NCBI GenBank assembly: GCA_014874185.1 | Contig: JACWAF010000033.1 | Span: forward strand, 21,234 to 85,233 | DNA from: Nitrospirota bacterium | Lineage (GTDB): Bacteria; Nitrospirota; Thermodesulfovibrionia; Thermodesulfovibrionales; JdFR-88 | Reading direction: 5' to 3' | DNA length: 64,000 nucleotides | In this document: positions 27,584 to 36,515 of the stretch, piece after piece | How the letters are laid out: each line of letters opens with the position of its first letter | How positions within the stretch are numbered: position 1 is the stretch's first letter | Position numbers and translations under genes: made by a program | Notes under the pieces: generated by a model | What the model was told of the DNA's origin: nothing | The model's database searches: none | What the model saw: the letters and a program-made list of their open reading frames with translations, nothing else

Positions 27584-28059
27584 AAATAGCCATAGGCTCC
27601 GATCACGGCGGTTTCGTACAGAAGGGGATAATCAGGCAATTCCTGGCAGAGGCAGGCCACGAGGTAACCGATATGGGCGCCCACAGCTTCAATCCCATCG
27701 ATGATTACCCGGAATTTTCCAGGAAGGTTGCCGAAGCCGTCCTCGATGGCCGGGCCGAAAGGGGCATACTGATATGCGGCAGCGGGGTGGGGGCCTCCAT
27801 TGCCGCCAACAAGTTCCCGGGTATAAGGGCGGCCGTCTGCCATGATACCTTTTCCGCCCGCCAGGGGGTCGAGGACGACAACATGAACGTCCTCTGCATG
27901 GGTGAAAGGGTTGTTGGCCACGAGCTTGCGAAAGAGATAGTGGAGAGGTTCATCTCCGCCCGGTTCTCAGGGGCCGAGAGGCATCTGCGCAGGCTGAAAG
28001 AGGTAACGGAGATGGAAAAGGAATTTCTGAAGCCGGCTGGGGGGGCCGGGCCGTGCTAA
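27580..28059 (+). CDS. rpiB: Ribose-5-phosphate isomerase B
   Basis: ATG at 27580 in an ATGA overlap with the cytochrome b-c stop. MKIAIGSDHGG...ICGSGVG.SIAANK...R motifs of RpiB/LacAB. Confidence 0.9.
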   Translation: MKIAIGSDHGGFVQKGIIRQFLAEAGHEVTDMGAHSFNPIDDYPEFSRKVAEAVLDGRAERGILICGSGVGASIAANKFPGIRAAVCHDTFSARQGVEDDNMNVLCMGERVVGHELAKEIVERFISARFSGAERHLRRLKEVTEMEKEFLKPAGGAGPC

Positions 28060-29594
28060 TGAAAGAGATCATCGATATAAGATTCCTCGAGTCCTGCGAC
28101 TTTCCGGCGGAACAATACAAGATACAGCCGTTCACGATGGTGATCTTCGGGGGGGCAGGGGACCTGAGCAGGCGCAAGCTCATACCCTCGATCGTCCATC
28201 TCTTCAAGGACAGGGAGCTGGCGAACCTGAACTTTTCGATAATTTCCTTCGGCATGCCTGAGATGGGCGATTCCGCGTACAGGGATTACATGAAAGAGGG
28301 CTACCTGCTTTATGACGAGGACCCGGACAAGAATCTCTGGGACGAGTTCGCGAGGCATATCCACTACCTCCCGGCCGATTTCAACGACGACTCCAAATAC
28401 CGCCAGCTTAAAGACAAGCTGGAGCAGGTGGGGCTCTGCTCGGAGTTCCAGAAAAACCTGATCTATTACATGGCCGTTCCCCCTTCGGCCGTCCCCGCGA
28501 TAATAGGAAAACTGAAGGAATTCGAACTCTGCAAGGGGGACTACCGGACCAAGCTCATAGTGGAAAAGCCCTTCGGGCGCGACCATGATTCCGCCGCCCA
28601 TCTGGATGAAATACTAAACCAGGCGTTTGAGGAAGACCAGATATACAGGATAGACCATTATCTGAGCAAGGAGCCCGTACAGAATATATTGTTTTTCCGG
28701 TTCTCCAATTTCATATTCGAGCAGATATGGAACCGTAATTATATAAGCAACGTGCAGATCACGGCGGCAGAGGACATAGGCATAGAGCACAGGGGCGCTT
28801 TTTACGAACAGACGGGCGTCGTAAGGGACATGGTCCAGAACCACATGCTTCAGCTCCTGGCCTTTGTGGCGATGGAGCCCCCCGTCAGCTTCAAGCAGGA
28901 CTACATAAGGGACGAAAAGACCCGGGTATTCCGCTCGATTTTTCCCTTCGACAATGAGTTCATCGACAAATACACGGTCAGGGGGCAATATGCCGGGGGT
29001 GAAACAGGCGGGGAGAAAGTCCCCGGCTACCGCGGGGAGAAGAACGTTTCTCCCGGTTCAGACCAGCCCACCTTCTTTGCGGGGAAATTTTACGTGGACA
29101 ACCTGCGGTGGGCGGGGGTCCCGTTTTTCCTGCGCACCGGCAAGAGGCTGAACAAGAAGCTCACCGAGATAGCCATCCAGTTCAAATATCTCCCGATACG
29201 GCTCTTTGGCAGGATCTGCGACCTCCCGGAGGCAAACATACTTATCTTCACCATTCAGCCGGATGAAAAGATATCGATGCGCTTCGCCGTGAAAGACCCC
29301 AGGTTCGAAAACCGCATTCAGCCGGTCAACATGGTCTTCAACTATTCTGAGGTGTTCAAGACGCAGCCTCTGCCCGCTTACGAGCGGCTCCTTGTGGACT
29401 GCATGAAGAGCGATCTGAGGGCCTTCGTCCGGCGGGATTCGGTAGAGGAGATGTGGCGGGTTGTGGACCCCATAATAGCACGATGGGAGGGCGTCCCGCC
29501 AAAAGACTTCCCGAATTACACCGCCGGCTCCTGGGGGCCCGATGCCGCGCGGGAATTGATAGAGAAAGAGGGGTTCCATTGGATCACAAGCTGA
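28059..29594 (+). CDS. zwf: Glucose-6-phosphate 1-dehydrogenase
   Basis: ATG at 28059 overlaps the rpiB TAA (TAATG); a GTG at 28053 is also possible. Motifs FGGAGDLSRRKL, EKPFGRD, RIDHYLSKE (Ser in place of the usual Gly of RIDHYLGKE). Confidence 0.95.
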   Translation: MKEIIDIRFLESCDFPAEQYKIQPFTMVIFGGAGDLSRRKLIPSIVHLFKDRELANLNFSIISFGMPEMGDSAYRDYMKEGYLLYDEDPDKNLWDEFARHIHYLPADFNDDSKYRQLKDKLEQVGLCSEFQKNLIYYMAVPPSAVPAIIGKLKEFELCKGDYRTKLIVEKPFGRDHDSAAHLDEILNQAFEEDQIYRIDHYLSKEPVQNILFFRFSNFIFEQIWNRNYISNVQITAAEDIGIEHRGAFYEQTGVVRDMVQNHMLQLLAFVAMEPPVSFKQDYIRDEKTRVFRSIFPFDNEFIDKYTVRGQYAGGETGGEKVPGYRGEKNVSPGSDQPTFFAGKFYVDNLRWAGVPFFLRTGKRLNKKLTEIAIQFKYLPIRLFGRICDLPEANILIFTIQPDEKISMRFAVKDPRFENRIQPVNMVFNYSEVFKTQPLPAYERLLVDCMKSDLRAFVRRDSVEEMWRVVDPIIARWEGVPPKDFPNYTAGSWGPDAARELIEKEGFHWITS

Positions 29595-30328
29595 AGGAAA
29601 AAGGCGGCCTTTTCGTCTTTTCAAGCGAGGGCGAACTGGCGGATTTTTTCATCTCCAGATGGCGTGAGAACTCTTCCCGGTCCATCCGGGAAAGAGGTAA
29701 GTTCACCGCGGCGCTATCAGGTGGAAAGAGCCCGGTGGAGATATACTCCAGGCTCTCGCGGGCCGGTGGACTGGACTGGGGGCGCACTTTCATCTTCCAG
29801 GTGGACGAGAGGCTGGTGCCCCGGACCAGCGCGGACAGCAATTTCAATATGATCAAAAGCACCCTTCTGAACAGGATAAGGATACCCGCCGGAAACGTGT
29901 TCCCGGTGCCGGTAGAGGAGAGCACGCCGCAACTTGCGGCGGAAAGGTACGAAGCGGAAATAAAGAGCTTTTTCGGCTTGCGCCCCGGCGAATTCCCCGT
30001 CTTTGACCTCATCTCGCTTGGCATAGGCGAGGACGGGCATACGGCGTCTCTCTTTCCGGGCAGCCCGGCCTTGGATGAAAAGGAGCATATTGTCGCGGCT
30101 GTCCATCCGGGCGGCGGGATGCACGACCGGATCACGCTGACCCTGCCGGTCCTGAACAGGGCAAGAGAGGTCATATTCGCCGTGAAAGGAAAAGAAAAGG
30201 CGCACATATTCAAAAAGGTGGTTGATGGAGACAGGAATTGTCCCGCGGCACTGGTGGTGCCCGATGGAGAACTCCTCTTCGTTGCCGATATGGAAGCGGC
30301 CGCCCTCATCAGCATGGAAAAGGCCTAG
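29579..30328 (+). CDS. pgl: 6-phosphogluconolactonase; start codon uncertain (no ATG; TTG 29579 or CTG 29591)
   Basis: ALSGGKSP and GIGEDGHTASLFPG motifs. Every in-frame ATG upstream lies deep inside zwf, so a non-ATG start overlapping the zwf 3' end is inferred. Confidence 0.85.
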   Translation: MDHKLKEKGGLFVFSSEGELADFFISRWRENSSRSIRERGKFTAALSGGKSPVEIYSRLSRAGGLDWGRTFIFQVDERLVPRTSADSNFNMIKSTLLNRIRIPAGNVFPVPVEESTPQLAAERYEAEIKSFFGLRPGEFPVFDLISLGIGEDGHTASLFPGSPALDEKEHIVAAVHPGGGMHDRITLTLPVLNRAREVIFAVKGKEKAHIFKKVVDGDRNCPAALVVPDGELLFVADMEAAALISMEKA

Positions 30329-30391
30329 CGGCCCGGCGGAGAATTACAACCTGTTTGAGCTTGAGGCCAGGCTGGCCTGAAAGGAGATGTG

Positions 30392-31309
30392 ATGCAACTT
30401 GGGATGATAGGGCTTGGCCGGATGGGCGCTAACATGACGAGGCGGCTGATTCAGGCGGGCCACGAGATAATCGTTTTGGACCGGAACCCGGATAGAGTCC
30501 GGCAGATGGAAAAGGAAGGGGCTGCGGGGGCCTACTCGCACGAGGAGCTTGCAAAAAAACTGAACGCGCCCCGGGCCGTATGGATAATGGTCCCCGCCGG
30601 AGGCCCCGTGGACGAGACAATAGAAAAGCTTAAAGGGCATCTGCGGGAAGGTGACCTGGTCATAGACGGCGGAAACAGCCATTACACGGACGGCCTGAGG
30701 CGGGGCGAAGAGCTTAAAAAATCCGGCATCGGCTTCATGGACGCGGGCGTGAGCGGCGGAATCTGGGGGCTGAAGGAAGGCTACTGCATTATGGCCGGAG
30801 GGGAAAGAGACCAGTACCAGCGGCTTGAGCCCATACTGAAATCGCTTGCGCCGCCCGAAGGCCATCTCTATTGCGGCCCGCTTGGGGCCGGGCATTTCGT
30901 GAAAATGGTCCACAACGGCATAGAGTACGGCATGATGGCCGCATACGGAGAGGGATTTTCGCTGCTTAATGCATCGCGGTATTCCGATTCGCTTGATTTC
31001 GAAAAAATAGCCCACCTATGGAACAGGGGGAGCGTGGTGCGCTCATGGCTGCTGGAGCTTGCCGAGGACGCGTTCAGAAAAGACAAGCGCCTCTCAAATA
31101 TCGAAGGATATGTGGAGGATTCCGGAGAGGGGCGCTGGACCGTCCAGGAGGCAATCAATATGGCGGTGCCCGCTCCTGTAATCGCCCTCTCCTTATTCCA
31201 GAGGTTTGCGTCCAGAGGGCGAGGTGATTTCGCAAGCAGGCTGGAGGCGGCTTTAAGGAGCGAATTCGGAGGGCACGCGATAAAGAAAGAAACGGCTGGA
31301 AAGAAATAA
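30392..31309 (+). CDS. gnd: 6-phosphogluconate dehydrogenase, decarboxylating, short (~300 aa) form
   Basis: AAGGAG then ATG at 30392. MQLGMIGLGRMGANM Rossmann motif. GHFVKMVHNGIEYG motif. Confidence 0.85.
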   Translation: MQLGMIGLGRMGANMTRRLIQAGHEIIVLDRNPDRVRQMEKEGAAGAYSHEELAKKLNAPRAVWIMVPAGGPVDETIEKLKGHLREGDLVIDGGNSHYTDGLRRGEELKKSGIGFMDAGVSGGIWGLKEGYCIMAGGERDQYQRLEPILKSLAPPEGHLYCGPLGAGHFVKMVHNGIEYGMMAAYGEGFSLLNASRYSDSLDFEKIAHLWNRGSVVRSWLLELAEDAFRKDKRLSNIEGYVEDSGEGRWTVQEAINMAVPAPVIALSLFQRFASRGRGDFASRLEAALRSEFGGHAIKKETAGKK

Positions 31310-31436
31310 CTTCTACTTTTCTTTTTTGCAAAAAAGAAAAGTAGCAAAAGAAAAAATTCTTGTATTTTTTTGCCCCATTCGGGGCAAAAAAATCAAAAAG
31401 TTCTCTTTGCTACTTTCTCTAACAAGAGAAAGTAGG
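31310..31436. repeat. Structured AT-rich repeat, family C copy 1 (three hairpins)
   Basis: Hairpins at 31313-31344 (15-bp stem CTACTTTTCTTTTTT/AAAAAAGAAAAGTAG), 31364-31393 (ATTTTTTTGCCCC-ATTC-GGGGCAAAAAAAT) and 31410-31435 (CTACTTTCTCT-AACA-AGAGAAAGTAG). Same modular layout as 51237-51337 and 55674-55760. Confidence 0.6.
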
Positions 31437-31442
31437 GGAATT

Positions 31443-32066
31443 ATGTATTCCATAACGACCCTTTTTCTTGACATAGGCGGCGTGCTCCTTGAGAACGGAT
31501 GGGGCCGTGCAAAGCGGGCCATGGCGGCCCGCGTATTCGGCCTGGACCTGGAGGATTTCAACGAGCGCCATCACCTCACATTCGATACCTACGAGCAGGG
31601 CAAGATAGACCTTGAGACCTACCTGGACCGGGTGGTCTTTTATCAGGAGCGGCCCTTTACAAGAAAGGAATTCAGGGATTTCATGCTGGCCACCCGCCCT
31701 TTCCCCGAGATGATCGAACTGGTGCGTAACCTGAAAAGGGAATACCGCCTTAAGACCGTGGTAGTGAGCAACGAGGGGCGGGAGCTTACGGTTCACAGGA
31801 TACAAAAGTACGGCTTGATTAATTTGATGGACCTGTTCGTGGTCTCCAGTTTTGTCCATATAAGAAAGCCCGACCAGGACCTTTATCAAATGGCCCTGGA
31901 TCTGGCCCAGGCGAGCCCTGAGAACACAGTCTATGTGGAAGACAGGGCCATGTTCGTGGAAGTGGCCCGCAAGATGGGGATAACCGGGGTACACCATACC
32001 GGATATGAAGAGACCAGAAAGGCGCTCGAATCGCTTGGCCTTGCCTTGAAGCGTGAAGCTAAATAA
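31443..32066 (+). CDS. HAD-superfamily hydrolase (subfamily IA-like)
   Basis: ATG at 31443 (MYSITTLFLDIGGVL). Motif I reads D-I-G-G-V, so the second Asp is replaced by Gly. Also VVSNE, K-P, and VYVEDR motif IV. The ORF extension back to 31326 is translation of the repeat. Confidence 0.8.
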   Translation: MYSITTLFLDIGGVLLENGWGRAKRAMAARVFGLDLEDFNERHHLTFDTYEQGKIDLETYLDRVVFYQERPFTRKEFRDFMLATRPFPEMIELVRNLKREYRLKTVVVSNEGRELTVHRIQKYGLINLMDLFVVSSFVHIRKPDQDLYQMALDLAQASPENTVYVEDRAMFVEVARKMGITGVHHTGYEETRKALESLGLALKREAK

Positions 32067-32171
32067 AAAAGTATGCTTATCCGGTTTATTCAGTTGATCA
32101 CATTTTCTTGAGTTCGGGGAATAGCTGTAAAGGGTCTCTAAATAAGGCTCTTCGGGAATCGTGTGGGTAGT

Positions 32172-32196
32172 CCCCCCCCTTTGGAAAAGGGGGGGG
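32172..32196. repeat. Family B-type hairpin (C8-TTTGGAAAA-G8)
   Basis: CCCCCCCCTTTGGAAAAGGGGGGGG followed by ATTTTAAAAA. Resembles the CCCTTTGCCAAAGGG-type hairpins at 1294-1340 and the GGGGGATTTTAAA at 55928-55940. Confidence 0.45.
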
Positions 32197-32325
32197 ATTT
32201 TAAAAATAAATGCTCCACTAAAAAGATTGGCATTCTTGCGGGGGCTTAGAAAAAACATGGCGGACGCCGAAAAGTATCCATGGTCAAGGTTTAAAGAGAA
32301 AATTTGGAATTATTTCATGGTTCGA

Positions 32326-32362
32326 AAAATCTCCCCCTCCCCTCTTTTCCAAAGAGGGGAAT
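32326..32362. repeat. Family B partial copy in inverted orientation
   Basis: AAAATCTCCCCCTCCCCTCTTTTCCAAAGAGGGGAATT is the reverse-complement counterpart of GGAATTTACCCCTCTTTTGCAAAGAGGGGCAGGGGAGATTTT at 1312-1352. Confidence 0.5.
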
Positions 32363-32427
32363 TCCACAGAAAAGTCTGAAGAGCCCGAAATAATAACGAT
32401 ACATCTCTTTGTATGCAAAGGATTCCT

Positions 32428-32550
32428 GTCATTCCGGCTTGTCCGGAATCTACCCACCCCTTAATCCCCTCCTGGGAGGGGACGGAGGTGGGTTGGATTC
32501 CCGGCGCGCGGAGCCTGCCCCGTACTTGATACGGGGCTTGCGGGAATGAC
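32428..32550. repeat. Family A element copy 2 (GTCATTCC...GGAATGAC outer inverted repeat with internal hairpins)
   Basis: GTCATTCCGG-CTTGT-CCGGAATC, CCCCTCC-TG-GGAGGGG, GGATTCCCGG...GCCCCGTA-CTTGA-TACGGGGC...GCGGGAATGAC. Same outer logic as 1074-1160. Confidence 0.55.
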
Positions 32551-32589
32551 ATAATTGGGGGCTTTACTGGGTTTATGAGCTATAAGCAT

Positions 32590-32632
32590 ATAAAAAAATA
32601 AAAAGCCCCGCGCATCCGTCCAGCGCGGGGCC
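32590..32632 (-). terminator. Rho-independent terminator downstream of tal
   Basis: On the minus strand, a GCCCCGCGC-N9-GCGCGGGGC hairpin (32605-32631) is followed by TTTTTATTTTTTTA. It starts about 15 nt after the tal stop. Confidence 0.75.
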
Positions 32633-32646
32633 TTTTGCCTTCACGG

Positions 32647-33804
32647 CTAACGGGATTTCATTATCATGAATGCGTCCCGTTTCTGGGCGATGGCGTCCAG
32701 GACATTGAAGAACGAGTCCGAGAATTTCTTCACGCCGTCTCTTTCAAGCTCGTCCGTGACCTCGTCCATGTCGATGCCAAGGTTTTTCAGGTCTTCCATC
32801 AGCTTTTTTACTTCTTCAAGCCCTTCGCTTATCCTGACCTCAACTCTGCCGTGGTCCTTGAATGCCTGCATGGTCTCTTCGGGCATGGTGTTGATGGAAT
32901 CTGGCGCGATAAGCTCCTCAACATATTTGATATCACTGTAGGCGGGGTTTTTGGTGCTGGTGCTGGCCCATAAAATCCTCTGCACGCGCGCCCCTTTTTC
33001 GGCCAGTTTCCGCCACCTCTCCCCTGCGAAGGTCTGTTTGTATAACCGGTAGGCCATCCTGGCGTTGGCTGCGGCGGCCTTTCCGTACATGTCCTTAATG
33101 GCTTCTTTCTCCGGGATGTCGCCCTCCTCATACAGCCGGTCCAGAAGGCTGTCCACCAGGGTGTCCACCCTGCTTACGAAGAAGCTTGCGACGGAATTTA
33201 TTTCGTTCACCGGCTGCCCCGCACTCGTCCGCCTCTCCAGCCCTTTCATGTACGCGTCCATCACCTCTTCGTAGCGTTTTACTGAGAAGAGCAGGGTCAC
33301 GTTCACGTTGATGCCTTCGCTTATGAGTTCTTCTATGGCGGCGAGGCCTTCCTTCGTCCCCGGCACCTTTACAAAGATGTTCTTCTTGCCCACCATCGAG
33401 GAGAGTTGCCTTGCCTCTCTTATCGTGGCCTCCGTCTCGTATGCCAGGTCCGGCGAGACCTCGATGCTGACAAACCCGTCCACTCCCCTGGTCTGCTCGT
33501 GCACGGGCCACATGATGTCAGCCGCCAGGTGGACGTCCGCCGTGGTGAGCCCTAAATATAATTCCTTGGGATTGGAGACGTTTTTTGCGAGCAGGTCATG
33601 CAGGCCGTTGTCGTATTCCTTGCCGCGCTCTATGGCCTTCTGAAAGATGGTGGGGTTTGAGGTTATGCCCTTCAGCCCGTCCTCCTTTATAAGGCGGTTC
33701 AGCTCGCCGGAGTTTATGAGGTTTCTGCTCAGGTTATCCAGCCAGACGCTCTGGCCTGCCCTGCCAAGCTGTATTAAAGGGCTTTCTCCCGTTATCGCGC
33801 TCAT
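32647..33804 (-). CDS. tal: Transaldolase (long, ~380 aa type)
   Basis: GQSVWLDNLSR, ITSNPTIF, FVSIEVSP, NIFVKVPGT and SFFVSRVD motifs. Confidence 0.9.
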   Translation of the reverse strand: MSAITGESPLIQLGRAGQSVWLDNLSRNLINSGELNRLIKEDGLKGITSNPTIFQKAIERGKEYDNGLHDLLAKNVSNPKELYLGLTTADVHLAADIMWPVHEQTRGVDGFVSIEVSPDLAYETEATIREARQLSSMVGKKNIFVKVPGTKEGLAAIEELISEGINVNVTLLFSVKRYEEVMDAYMKGLERRTSAGQPVNEINSVASFFVSRVDTLVDSLLDRLYEEGDIPEKEAIKDMYGKAAAANARMAYRLYKQTFAGERWRKLAEKGARVQRILWASTSTKNPAYSDIKYVEELIAPDSINTMPEETMQAFKDHGRVEVRISEGLEEVKKLMEDLKNLGIDMDEVTDELERDGVKKFSDSFFNVLDAIAQKRDAFMIMKSR

Positions 33805-33817
33805 ATCGCCTCCTTTT

Positions 33818-35917
33818 CTAATGCAGGGCCCCGGCCTTTTTGCCCAGTATGGCCTTTGCCGTCTCTATTATATGCTCCGCGGTAAAGCCGAATTCCCGCA
33901 TATTGGTCTTCCCCGGTGCGGAGGCTCCGAAGTGGTCCAGGCCTATCACCGCACCCTCGCCCATGTATTTTGGCCCGGCGTACTTGTACCAGTCCTGGGT
34001 TGCGGCCGCCTCTACGGCTATCCTCTCGCCCACTTCGGGCGGCAGCACCTTGTTCCTGTACTCCTCCGGCTGGCTGTCGAAGAACTCCTGGCAGGGCATG
34101 CTCACCAGCCGCGCGCTGATCCCCTCGGACCTGAGCGTTTCGTAAGCTTGCAGGCAGATATGCACCTCGGAGCCGGTCGCGATGATTATAATATCGGGCT
34201 TTTCGGTCTCGTCTCCCGCCAGGACGTAAGCGCCTTTATGAAGGCCGCTGGCTGCGGCGTATTTTTTCCTGTCTATGGTCGGAAGGTTCTGCCTGGACAA
34301 TATAAGAGAGACCGGGCCTTCCTTGTGCATGAGGGCCGCCTTCCATGCCTCGGCGGTCTCGTTGGCGTCGGCGGGTCTTATCACGGTCATGTTGGGAATG
34401 GCCCGGAGGCTTGGTATATGCTCAACCGGCTGATGGGTAGGGCCGTCTTCGCCCAGGGCCACGGAGTCGTGCGTGAAGACGTATATAAGCCTCAGTCCGC
34501 CAAGCGCGGCAAGCCTTATCGCGGGCCTCATGTAGTCGGAGAAGATGAGGAATGTGGCCCCGTATGGGAGGAAGCCTCCGTGCATGGCAAGCCCGCTTAT
34601 TATGCCTCCCATTGCGTGTTCCCTCACGCCGAAATTGAGATTTGCCCCGCCGTACCACCACTTGCCCTCGGAGCCCTGTATCTCTTCGCCGCCCTCTTGC
34701 GGCGGCTCGAATGTGCCCCCGTCCTTGAGGGCCGTCTTTGTGGAGGGGTTCAGGTCTCCGGAGCCGCCAATCAGAAAAGGCAGGTCGTTTGCTATGGCGT
34801 TCATCACTTTGCCGCCTGCCGAGCGTGTGGCGATCCCCTTCTCATCAGGCCCGAACGAGGGGACCTTCTGCTGCCAGTCAGGTGGGAACTCCAGTTTCAT
34901 CATCCGGTCCCATTCCCGCCTCATGTCGGGATAGGCTTTGGCGTATTCGCTTAGTTTATTGTCCCAGCCGGATTCCAGTTTGGCCCCTCGATCTCCGGAC
35001 TGCCTGAAGAAAGAGAGCACTTCGTCCGGGACATAAAAGGGCGGCTCGGTGGGCCAGCCCAGGTTCTCTTTCGCCTTTCTTGTGTCTTCCGGGCCAAGCG
35101 GGCTTCCGTGGGCCTCAAAGCTGTCCTGCTTCGGACTGCCGTAGCCTATATGGGTGCGCACCTCTATGAGCGAAGGGCGGCCGGTCTCTTCGCGGGCTTT
35201 TTTTATTGCCTCTTCGATTGCGGCGAGGTCGTTGCCGTCCTCTACGTATTGATAATGCCAGCCGTAGGCCTCGAACCTCTTGCCAACGTTTTCGGTCATG
35301 ACAAGAGAGGTCGCGGCAGAAAGGGTTATGTGGTTGGAGTCATAAAGATAGACCACTTTTCCAAGTTTCAGATGCCCGGCCAGGGAGGCGGCCTCCGAGG
35401 CGACGCCTTCCATTATATCGCCGTCGCTCACTATGGAATAAGTATAATGGTCCATAATTTCGTGCCCCGTGCGGTTGAACCGGGCGGCGAGGAACGCCTC
35501 GCCCATGGCCATGCCGATTGCGTTTGCAAACCCCTGTCCCAGGGGGCCTGTGGTGCACTCCACGCCAGGGGTCCGGCGGTATTCGGGGTGCCCAGGGGTC
35601 TTGCTCCCCCATTGCCTGAACTGCTTTATATCGTCCAGCGAGAGGTCATAGCCGGAAAGATATAAGAGCGAATAGAGGAGGGCGGAGCCATGCCCAGCTG
35701 AAAGGACAAAGCGGTCCCTGTCCGCCCAGTATGGGTCTTTCGGGTTGAACTTCAGGAATTTAGTCCAGAGGACATAAGCCATAGGGGCCGCGCCCATCGG
35801 CATCCCCGGGTGACCGGAATTCGCCTTCTCAATCATGTCCACGGATAAGAACCTGATAGCGTTTATGCATCGGGTGTCAAAATCCACGAAGGACCTCCAG
35901 GATGTGAATTCGGTCAT
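33818..35917 (-). CDS. tkt: Transketolase
   Basis: 699 aa. [12 protein letters not shown]...[42 protein letters not shown] motifs. Confidence 0.95.
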   Translation of the reverse strand: MTEFTSWRSFVDFDTRCINAIRFLSVDMIEKANSGHPGMPMGAAPMAYVLWTKFLKFNPKDPYWADRDRFVLSAGHGSALLYSLLYLSGYDLSLDDIKQFRQWGSKTPGHPEYRRTPGVECTTGPLGQGFANAIGMAMGEAFLAARFNRTGHEIMDHYTYSIVSDGDIMEGVASEAASLAGHLKLGKVVYLYDSNHITLSAATSLVMTENVGKRFEAYGWHYQYVEDGNDLAAIEEAIKKAREETGRPSLIEVRTHIGYGSPKQDSFEAHGSPLGPEDTRKAKENLGWPTEPPFYVPDEVLSFFRQSGDRGAKLESGWDNKLSEYAKAYPDMRREWDRMMKLEFPPDWQQKVPSFGPDEKGIATRSAGGKVMNAIANDLPFLIGGSGDLNPSTKTALKDGGTFEPPQEGGEEIQGSEGKWWYGGANLNFGVREHAMGGIISGLAMHGGFLPYGATFLIFSDYMRPAIRLAALGGLRLIYVFTHDSVALGEDGPTHQPVEHIPSLRAIPNMTVIRPADANETAEAWKAALMHKEGPVSLILSRQNLPTIDRKKYAAASGLHKGAYVLAGDETEKPDIIIIATGSEVHICLQAYETLRSEGISARLVSMPCQEFFDSQPEEYRNKVLPPEVGERIAVEAAATQDWYKYAGPKYMGEGAVIGLDHFGASAPGKTNMREFGFTAEHIIETAKAILGKKAGALH

Positions 35918-36125
35918 ATTGGCCGGAGAAAAAAGATAAAATCATATTTCCTCTATTCAAGAACTATCAGGAAAACCATGTATTGTCAAGGAAATGCGGT
36001 TCCGCGGTGATGGATTAATCCAGGACAGGCGGTCATTACCCGGGCTGGACACAACCCGTCCTATGAATCCATAATAGAGGAGCTTCCTTTTCCGGAAGAA
36101 ATTGGCAACGGGGGTAGATGGAGAG

Positions 36126-36515
36126 ATGCCGGGCAGGGCCAGGATACTGGTCATGGATGATGAAGAGATAGTAAGGCTTACGCTGGCCAGCATGCTTGAG
36201 GGGCTTGGCTATGAGGCGGAACTGGCCGAAGACGGTTTGCAGGCGGTCGGCCTGTATAAAAGGGCACTGGAAGAGAAAAGGCCGTTTGACGCGGTCATTA
36301 TGGACCTTACCGTAAAAGGGGGGATGGGTGGCAGGGACGCCATAAAAAGTCTTCTGGAACTGGACCCGCAGGTTAAGGCGATAATCTCCAGCGGCTATTC
36401 CGAGGACGCCATGACAGCCGGCTACAGGTCACTGGGCTTCAGAAAATGCATTTTGAAGCCCTACAGCATTGAAGAGCTGAGGGCCGGGCTGGTTGAGCTT
36501 TTAAACCAGGATTAA
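36126..36515 (+). CDS. Stand-alone response regulator receiver domain (CheY-like)
   Basis: ILVMDDEE, phospho-acceptor context DAVIMDLTV, SSGYS, KP. No output domain and no adjacent histidine kinase. Its TAA stop shares the palindrome TTAA with the convergent helicase stop. Confidence 0.85.
   Translation: MPGRARILVMDDEEIVRLTLASMLEGLGYEAELAEDGLQAVGLYKRALEEKRPFDAVIMDLTVKGGMGGRDAIKSLLELDPQVKAIISSGYSEDAMTAGYRSLGFRKCILKPYSIEELRAGLVELLNQD

Noticed and set aside
31310-32552. Possibility that the recurring hairpin repeats form a CRISPR array
   Set aside because: There is no regularly spaced direct repeat/spacer periodicity. The units are single, palindromic, differ in sequence and are scattered at gene ends. 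No cas genes are present.
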